From IMG/VR virus record IMGVR_UViG_3300013132_000021: a stretch of DNA of 64,000 nucleotides. One strand, 5' to 3'. Below the pieces are notes generated by a model. The model made no database searches and had not been told where the DNA came from. It worked only from the letters and a program-made list of their open reading frames with translations. Source of the DNA: a virus. Each line of letters starts with the position of its first letter. Position 1 is the first letter of the stretch. Below, one piece after another: positions 57,020 through 64,000 of this stretch. The translations under genes and the position numbers were made by a program.

Positions 57020-58725
57020 TTTATGATATTTTTTATGTAAGCAAATCTAAAATAAATGATTTAGATTACGCCCAGTTTAGGCAGAGATTTCCTATCAGTC
57101 AAAAAATAGAAAATGTTAGTAGTTTCGAAGATATAAGAATAAAAGCATTTACAAAATTTTTTTATGTAATATGGGATGGAACTAAAATTTTAGATTTTCA
57201 ATTTGATTATAAGGTAGGAGATTATGATCAAGAGTATATTCATGTATGGAAAACTTTAAGAAATGACGAAGAAACATATCAAGGAGGAATAGCTCTATTT
57301 CCAAAAAATATTAAATTAGTTTCTTCTAGAGAATTTGCCAATAAATTTTATATAAACAAAAAAGAAATTGATCAAATAATTTCTAAACAAGTATATCCTC
57401 GTTATAATATCAAAGATTACGACGAATATAAAGACATATTAGAAAACACAGGACATGATATGTTCTGGTATGTTCCGGAGGATATTGAGTTAGTTGATGA
57501 AAGTATTTTTAATTTATATTTTGATCCTAATAACGGAAAGTACGATTATGATCGAAATGAAAATCATTCTTTTAAAAACGGCGAATATTATGACGGAGTA
57601 TTTTTATTTTCTAAAAATAAAATGATATCTGAAAAAGAATTTAAATTTAGATTCTTAGCAACTAAAAAAGAAATTGACATATTAGCAAGTACCCCTAAAC
57701 CTTTTGAACAGCATCATATCGATTCATATTCTGAATATTTGGATATTATAGAAACTTGTAAGACTAATATGTTTTGGGTAGTATGGCCCGATATTGAATT
57801 AATCGAAGATTTAGATTATCAAGTTCCCTATTATGATCAGCATATAACCCATGTATTTTTAAATGATAAATGGTATGACGGTGTTGTATTATTTTCTAAA
57901 TCAGAACCAGTTACTAAAAAAGAATTTGATTACAGATTTTATAAAAATAGAAAAGAAATAGACATGCAAATGTCTGTGCCTAAACCGTATGATATTTTCT
58001 TTATAAGTTATAATGAACCAAGTGCAGATAAAAATTATAAAAATTTAGTTGCAAAATTTCCTAGAGCAAAACGCATACATGGTATCAGGGGTATACACAA
58101 TGCACATAAGGCTGCAGCAGAAAATTCTGAAACTGAAATGGTTTGGGTAGTAGATGCCGATGCTATTTTATTAGAGGATTTTAATTTTGAAATAGAGTAT
58201 TATCCTCATTATGATTCTGGTAATCGTAAAGAACATTTATCTACCGTTCATATATGGCAGAGCAAAAATCCTATTAACGGATTAATATATGGTTATGGCG
58301 GTGTCAAATTATTGCCTAAAGATTTAGTTCTCGAAATGAATATTGATTCGGTGGACATGACAACTTCTATTAGTGAAAAAATTAAAATACAACAAGAAGT
58401 AAGCAACGTCACAGCATTTAATGTTAATCCTTTCGAAACTTGGAAATCTGCTTTTCGAGAATGTGTAAAATTATCAAGTAGAATTATAGATAGAAATTAT
58501 GATGAAGAAAATGAAGTTAGATTAAAAATATGGATGGAAAAAGGTGAAGATCGATTGTTCGGTAAATATGCCTTAGCAGGTGCTAAGGCAGGATATATGT
58601 ATGGTAGTATGAATTTAGGCAATAATGATAAACTAAGATTGATAAATGATTTTCAATGGTTGAAGTCGCAATTTATCGAATGGCAAAAAGAGAATGAGCA
58701 ACCAGGAAAAAATAATAATTCTTAG
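57016..58725 (+). CDS. Glycosyltransferase-like protein with three degenerate N-terminal repeats
   Basis: C-terminal domain paralogous to the previous ORF (FISYNEP, RIHGIRG..AHKAAA, VDADA, YGYGGVK, WKSAFRECVK). Confidence 0.65.
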   Translation: MIYDIFYVSKSKINDLDYAQFRQRFPISQKIENVSSFEDIRIKAFTKFFYVIWDGTKILDFQFDYKVGDYDQEYIHVWKTLRNDEETYQGGIALFPKNIKLVSSREFANKFYINKKEIDQIISKQVYPRYNIKDYDEYKDILENTGHDMFWYVPEDIELVDESIFNLYFDPNNGKYDYDRNENHSFKNGEYYDGVFLFSKNKMISEKEFKFRFLATKKEIDILASTPKPFEQHHIDSYSEYLDIIETCKTNMFWVVWPDIELIEDLDYQVPYYDQHITHVFLNDKWYDGVVLFSKSEPVTKKEFDYRFYKNRKEIDMQMSVPKPYDIFFISYNEPSADKNYKNLVAKFPRAKRIHGIRGIHNAHKAAAENSETEMVWVVDADAILLEDFNFEIEYYPHYDSGNRKEHLSTVHIWQSKNPINGLIYGYGGVKLLPKDLVLEMNIDSVDMTTSISEKIKIQQEVSNVTAFNVNPFETWKSAFRECVKLSSRIIDRNYDEENEVRLKIWMEKGEDRLFGKYALAGAKAGYMYGSMNLGNNDKLRLINDFQWLKSQFIEWQKENEQPGKNNNS

Positions 58726-60079
58726 ACAAAAAAGAGAAAAAATAAATGAAATAAGCTCGTGTTTTTGTTCTGCTAAATGGCTGCAAACGACTCTATATCT
58801 ACAAAATGGCTTCAACCATAGTTGTCATCATCCAAGCCCGCATAAAATACCTTTAGAAGAAATAGAAAAAGATCCCGCGGCTTTACACAATAGTAAATTT
58901 AAAAAGCAACAGAGGAAAAAAATGTTAGCAGGCGAACGTCCTGCTGAATGCGATTACTGTTGGCAAATAGAAGACCTTAATAAAGATTATTTCAGCGATC
59001 GACATTATAAAACAGCAGACTATTGGGCGTGGGATAGATTTAATGAGATAGCATCTGTTGATCCAAATGCCAACGTATATCCATCGTATCTTGAAGTGAG
59101 TTTTTCAAACGCCTGCAATCTCAAATGTAGTTATTGCAGTCCGGAAATTTCCAGCAAATGGCTAGAAGAAATAAAGCAATTTGGCCCTTATCCTATACCG
59201 GAAAGTAATCAAGATATTGAATGGTATAAGAAAGTAGGAAGATATCCTTACAAACACAGTGATGACAATCCGTATATCACTGCATTCTGGCAATGGTTCC
59301 CTCAAGCATTACCTCATTTAAAAGTTTTTAGAATCACCGGCGGCGAGCCATTGATGAGCAAAGATACATGGAAATTATTTGAGTTTATCAAAGAAAATCC
59401 GCAACCGGAACTTGAATTAGCCATTAATACCAATCTAGCTGTTGATAGCAAATTAATAGATAAATTTTTATCAGAAGTTAATGCTATCAAAGACAAAGTT
59501 AAAAATATAGACATTTATACAAGTTTAGAAAGCACAGGAGCTCAATCTGAATATTCTAGATTTGGTTTAATTTATGAAGATTGGATATCTAATATCAGAC
59601 GTTGTTTAAACGAAACAGATTTAAGAATATCTGTTATGACAACGATCAATATATTAAGTTTGCCTACATTTGTTGATTTTATAGAACTAATTATGAAATT
59701 AAGATGTAATTATAATGACAGGTTTGAAAAAAACAGGATACCTATAAGCATCAACTATCTGAGATGGCCTGAACACCTCAGCGTCAAGCTATTACCTCAC
59801 GAGATGAGATTAAAATATAGTCAGCAAATATTAGAAAAAATCGAACCTTGGGTTAACGGATATCTTCCGGGTAAATTTGCCAGAGTTTATTTAGAAGAAT
59901 GGGATCAGATAGAAAGATTCTGCGAGTATCTCACACAAGATGAAAATAATTCAGAAAAAAGAATGTATTTTATCAAATATATAAACGAATACGATCGCCG
60001 TAGAGGAACTAATTTTTCTAAAACATTTCCCGAGTACGCACATTTTTTAGAGGAATGGGATGTCCAAAAAACCCTATGA
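58694..60079 (+). CDS. Radical SAM enzyme with N-terminal Cys/His auxiliary motif
   Basis: CNLKCSYC, ITGGEPL; N-terminal FCSAKW..SCHH..ECDYCW. Confidence 0.9.
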   Translation: MSNQEKIIILRQKREKINEISSCFCSAKWLQTTLYLQNGFNHSCHHPSPHKIPLEEIEKDPAALHNSKFKKQQRKKMLAGERPAECDYCWQIEDLNKDYFSDRHYKTADYWAWDRFNEIASVDPNANVYPSYLEVSFSNACNLKCSYCSPEISSKWLEEIKQFGPYPIPESNQDIEWYKKVGRYPYKHSDDNPYITAFWQWFPQALPHLKVFRITGGEPLMSKDTWKLFEFIKENPQPELELAINTNLAVDSKLIDKFLSEVNAIKDKVKNIDIYTSLESTGAQSEYSRFGLIYEDWISNIRRCLNETDLRISVMTTINILSLPTFVDFIELIMKLRCNYNDRFEKNRIPISINYLRWPEHLSVKLLPHEMRLKYSQQILEKIEPWVNGYLPGKFARVYLEEWDQIERFCEYLTQDENNSEKRMYFIKYINEYDRRRGTNFSKTFPEYAHFLEEWDVQKTL

Positions 60080-61562
60080 AACATTAATTGATTATCGAAA
60101 CAGAGTTATCGATACAAAAAGCAAAAGTTTTTGCGGAGCTAAGTGGCTTAATGCTACCACATGGTTAGGTAGCGGTTCTACTGCTAGTTGTCATCATCCT
60201 CCTGCACACGATATTCCTTTAGACGAACTTAAAAATAATTATACGGCTATACATAATACCAAACATAAAAAATTAATGAGGAAAATGATGATTGAGGGAG
60301 AACGTCCCCGTGAATGCGAATATTGTTGGAAAATTGAGGACATTGATGATAGCAAAGTTTCTGATCGTGTTTTTAAAACAATTATCTATAAAGACGAAGA
60401 ACTTGAAGATATTTATAATAAGCCTTGGGATCATGATGCACAATTAAAAACATTAGAAATAAGTTTTGATCGTGTATGTAATCTTGCCTGCTCCTACTGT
60501 AATGCTAGTTTTAGTACAGCCTGGGCTAGAGATATTAAAAAGAATGGGGCATATCAGAATCTAGTCTCAGACGGAGCCGCCGCTTTTCAACAGGACGGGT
60601 CTTGGGTTGAACCATACAACAAAGATGAAGATAATCCTTACATACAAGCATTCTGGAAATGGTGGGACAACGGTTTAAGCAGCAGCTTAGATGAATTAAG
60701 AATAACAGGCGGCGAACCATTGATGAGTGGCAATACCTGGAAATTATTAGATTGGTTTAATTCTCAAGGTACTAGCATGAGGTTTGCTATCAATAGTAAT
60801 TTAATAGCTAAAGATGAAATTATAGATAATCTTATAGAAAAAACAAAGAATATAAAACAATTTGTTTTATATACCAGTTGCGAGACAGTAGGTGCTCATG
60901 CAGAATATATTCGAGATGGGTTGGTTTATAATCAGTGGAAAAATAATTTAATAAAAATCTTACATGACGGCAACTGCAGAAATATAAACATAATGATGAC
61001 TATCAATAGTTTATGTTTATTTTCTATAACGGATTTTTTTGATGAGATATTAGAATTAAAATCTAGGTACGGAAAACATTTAACAATGAGTATCAATCTA
61101 TTAAGATTTCCAAGTTTTCAAAGTCCTTTAGCCCTGCCCGATCATATAAAGGATCATTGTAGAAATCAATTAGAAGAATGGTATTCGAGTAATAAAGATA
61201 ATCCTTTGTTGCACGAACACGAAACAGCCAGTATAGAAAGATTAATAGATTATCTAATAGTAGTGGATGCTCCACATCGTAGAACTAGTAATAAAATTAC
61301 GTTATGGAGAGATTTTAAAAGTTTTTACAAACAATACGATGAGCGCAGAGGAAAAGATATAAGAGTTTTTCCACAAATATTATTAGACTGGTTGGAGCGA
61401 ATTCCTGAAACAAAATTAGATCAAATACAAATTCTTGTTGACGGAAATAGTACAAAACAATATGAAAATGATGAAGAGTTACAAAAATTAGCAGAAAAGG
61501 AAGGTTGGATTTTAAAACCAAACAATAAAAATATAGACGATCCATTAGCCAAATATGAATAA
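60060..61562 (+). CDS. Radical SAM enzyme, paralog of upstream gene
   Basis: CNLACSYC, ITGGEPL; FCGAKW..SCHH..ECEYCW. Confidence 0.9.
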   Translation: MSKKPYETLIDYRNRVIDTKSKSFCGAKWLNATTWLGSGSTASCHHPPAHDIPLDELKNNYTAIHNTKHKKLMRKMMIEGERPRECEYCWKIEDIDDSKVSDRVFKTIIYKDEELEDIYNKPWDHDAQLKTLEISFDRVCNLACSYCNASFSTAWARDIKKNGAYQNLVSDGAAAFQQDGSWVEPYNKDEDNPYIQAFWKWWDNGLSSSLDELRITGGEPLMSGNTWKLLDWFNSQGTSMRFAINSNLIAKDEIIDNLIEKTKNIKQFVLYTSCETVGAHAEYIRDGLVYNQWKNNLIKILHDGNCRNINIMMTINSLCLFSITDFFDEILELKSRYGKHLTMSINLLRFPSFQSPLALPDHIKDHCRNQLEEWYSSNKDNPLLHEHETASIERLIDYLIVVDAPHRRTSNKITLWRDFKSFYKQYDERRGKDIRVFPQILLDWLERIPETKLDQIQILVDGNSTKQYENDEELQKLAEKEGWILKPNNKNIDDPLAKYE

Positions 61563-62889
61563 AAAAATAATAGACATTGTTTCCTTAGATCCTTCTTCCT
61601 TATTAAAAGAAAATAAATCTTTCTGTGCAGCCCCCTGGGTACATACTCATACTTGGCCTGACGGACGAGTGTTTCCTTGTTGTATGGCTGATTATAATGC
61701 AGTATTGGGCAATTTAAACGAATCTAAAACTTTCGAAGCAATATGGAATAATGAAAATTATAAGATATTGCGTCAAGATATGATCGAAGGCAAAGAAAGA
61801 CCCGATATCTGTAATAGGTGTTATGCTCAAGAAAAACATTCTATCACTAGTCTTAGAGAAAAAATAACTAAAGAATTTTGGAAAGAAACTAAAGAACAAT
61901 TAGAAAACACTAAAGAAGATTATTCGGCTGATTTAAAACTGCCGTATTGGGATTATAGATTTAATAATATCTGCAATTTAAATTGCAGAACCTGTGGACC
62001 GGACCTTAGTAGCAGTTGGTATCAAGATCATATTGCAATGTATGGAAAACCGCCAAAATATGCTACAACAAAATTTGTTGTATTTGACCCCAATAAAGAA
62101 CATTCGGTGCATAGCGAATTAATAGAAAGTCAAATAGAATATGTTAAAGAAATATATTTTGCCGGCGGCGAGTCTATTTTAATGCCGGAACATTTAGATA
62201 TTATCCAGCGATTAATACAAAAAAATAAAACTGATATTTTAATTAGATATAGCACTAATTTGAGTGTTTTATCTTACAAAGGGGAAAATTTTTTAGATTT
62301 ATGGCCTAAATTTAAAAAAGTAATGATTTATGTTAGTTTAGACGAAATCGAAGATCGTGCTGAATATTGGAGAAATGGAACTAATTGGCCTAGATTAGAA
62401 AAAAATATAAAAGCATTAATCGATCTCGAGAAAAGACATCAAAATATAAAAATGGGATATGCTCCTACAATTAGTATTTTTAACATGCACAGGATGCACT
62501 CGTATATGAGATATCTTGTAGACAACAGATTAATAAATGAATATACTCCTTTTGTGTTTAATATTTTACAAGGCCCAACAGAATTTAATATAAAAAATGC
62601 TCCCGAACAATTAAAAATTTTAGCGAGAAAATCTTTAAAAGAATTAAAATCAATAACTGCCGGTTGGCCCAAACAGTCGAAGGATATAGATATATTACAG
62701 AATTGGTTAAATGAAGAAAAAGATGATGAAGAAATTTACTATAAAACATCAAGACACTTAGCCGAAATTGATAAGGTTAGAAACCAAAGTTTAAAATTAG
62801 TGGCTCCTGAATTGTACGAAATTTATCAAAATTATGATTATGATCGATACTATAATAACTTTACGCCTTGTAAACCGACTAATCAATAA
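61555..62889 (+). CDS. Radical SAM enzyme with N-terminal SPASM/twitch-like domain
   Basis: CNLNCRTC, FAGGES; N-terminal CAAPW..DGRVFPCC..LGNL..IWN..CNRC. Confidence 0.9.
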   Translation: MNKKIIDIVSLDPSSLLKENKSFCAAPWVHTHTWPDGRVFPCCMADYNAVLGNLNESKTFEAIWNNENYKILRQDMIEGKERPDICNRCYAQEKHSITSLREKITKEFWKETKEQLENTKEDYSADLKLPYWDYRFNNICNLNCRTCGPDLSSSWYQDHIAMYGKPPKYATTKFVVFDPNKEHSVHSELIESQIEYVKEIYFAGGESILMPEHLDIIQRLIQKNKTDILIRYSTNLSVLSYKGENFLDLWPKFKKVMIYVSLDEIEDRAEYWRNGTNWPRLEKNIKALIDLEKRHQNIKMGYAPTISIFNMHRMHSYMRYLVDNRLINEYTPFVFNILQGPTEFNIKNAPEQLKILARKSLKELKSITAGWPKQSKDIDILQNWLNEEKDDEEIYYKTSRHLAEIDKVRNQSLKLVAPELYEIYQNYDYDRYYNNFTPCKPTNQ

Positions 62890-63853
62890 TATTGATCCGT
62901 TTTATCTCGCCATTCAACTGTCGGATCATCCTGCTGTTGAGATATGGGCTGATAGATTTCTCTACGAATTAAAAGCAGGAGCGATGCTAAAAAAAGAACA
63001 TATCTTTATGAGTCACAGTCCATTGACTGTAGAACAAATGATAGAGCAGATAAACAAAACTCTAGATAGCATCGATGAATATGATTTTGTATCTAACCAA
63101 CATCCGAATTATCCTATATCTGAACAACCGGAGTTGACAGAACGGTTGTCGATGACTGATTTTGCACAAGGTCCCAATAACGCAAAAATGAATTTAATAC
63201 ATAATTATTTTCCTAAGTTAGCAGGATCTGCACAAAAAACCAGCAATTATATGTATGCGGCATCACCCGAAATTAGGATAAAGATATGTAGATTAAATTT
63301 AGAAGTTCACGAATTACACACACTACTACAAAAAGATCCTAATCATATCGGTATGCATCTTAACATAAGTTGGCAACGTGCTCCTAAAAATTTACCAACG
63401 CTGCCGAATATATTTGATGATATTTTTTTTAAAAAAATAAGTTTTGGAGATGTTTTACTAGGCTATCCACAGGTAGGAAAAACTTATTTTGAAGCATTTA
63501 TCGAAGAGGACGAAGAATTAAGTGAAGAAAATGTAGAACCTATACGACTGTTGAGTGGTGATATGTTGTTACATCTTAGCTCTGACATAGATGATAATAT
63601 AATCGAAAAATTTAATAAATGGTTAAAAGATAGAAATCTTAATCCAGATGATAGATCACTTAGATTGGGATTTGCGGTCCTGGGAAAAGTAATAAATGTT
63701 GATAGAAATGTTGTAAAAAATGTTTTATGTAATTATAACGATATTGATCAAATAACTTTTGAAAAAAATCAAATTAAAGAAACTTTCGATTTTCTGTATA
63801 GTAGATTCGATTCCAATTATGATAAGGTATGGCTAAAACATGTCGACGACTAA
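62834..63853 (+). CDS. Hypothetical protein (start uncertain)
   Basis: Fills the gap between radical SAM genes; LIHNYF, LNLEVHELH, LGYPQVGKT. Confidence 0.7.
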   Translation: MIMIDTIITLRLVNRLINNIDPFYLAIQLSDHPAVEIWADRFLYELKAGAMLKKEHIFMSHSPLTVEQMIEQINKTLDSIDEYDFVSNQHPNYPISEQPELTERLSMTDFAQGPNNAKMNLIHNYFPKLAGSAQKTSNYMYAASPEIRIKICRLNLEVHELHTLLQKDPNHIGMHLNISWQRAPKNLPTLPNIFDDIFFKKISFGDVLLGYPQVGKTYFEAFIEEDEELSEENVEPIRLLSGDMLLHLSSDIDDNIIEKFNKWLKDRNLNPDDRSLRLGFAVLGKVINVDRNVVKNVLCNYNDIDQITFEKNQIKETFDFLYSRFDSNYDKVWLKHVDD

Positions 63854-64000
63854 AAAAATAAGTCCATATTTTTGTATTGCTCCCTGGACACATACTTATA
63901 TAAGTCCTCAAAGTGAAAGAAGAATTTGTTGTGCCAGCAGAGAAAAAGCCACCTGGACTCAACAATATATAGATGAAAAGGTACCGGCTTCGAGTAAAAA
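63840..64000 (+). CDS. Partial gene, probably a fourth radical SAM enzyme (MSTTKKISPYFCIAPWTHTYISPQSERRICCASRE...)
   Basis: Not in ORF track because truncated; ATG 63840 with AAGG upstream; FC.APW.H...CC pattern as in 61555..62889. Confidence 0.75.
   Translation, partial: MSTTKKISPYFCIAPWTHTYISPQSERRICCASREKATWTQQYIDEKVPASSK

Noticed and set aside
1-64000. Stop-codon reassignment, as in some jumbo phages
   Set aside because: Core genes are intact under the standard code, and TAA, TAG and TGA all end genes

Overview
A 64-kb segment of a large T4-like (T4-superfamily, jumbo-type) myophage genome using the standard genetic code. The minus strand (1-10.1 kb) carries the head module (gp23 capsid, gp22 scaffold, gp21 protease, an acidic core protein, gp20 portal) and a probable tape-measure gene. 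A divergent gp26-like/gp51-like pair follows, then three probable internal head proteins. A ~500-bp non-coding region lies downstream of a GIY-YIG-type nuclease, which is preceded by gp46/gp47 and the gp55 late sigma factor. The plus strand (19.1-64 kb) carries baseplate genes (gp48/54-like, gp53, hub, gp5, gp25, gp6), a ~4,590-aa giant virion protein, four paralogous fibre genes and an AT-rich cluster of glycosyltransferase-like and radical-SAM genes. Main observations: (1) a ~370-nt candidate structured RNA with two possible pseudoknots starts right at the GIY-YIG stop codon and is followed by origin-like DNA hairpins; (2) a canonical -1 slippery site would fuse the gp26-like and gp51-like ORFs, like lambda G/GT; (3) several promoters are positioned to give leaderless mRNAs; (4) a probably late-expressed glycosyltransferase/radical-SAM cluster may modify the virion. 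All assignments come from motif recognition by eye; no searches or folding programs were run.
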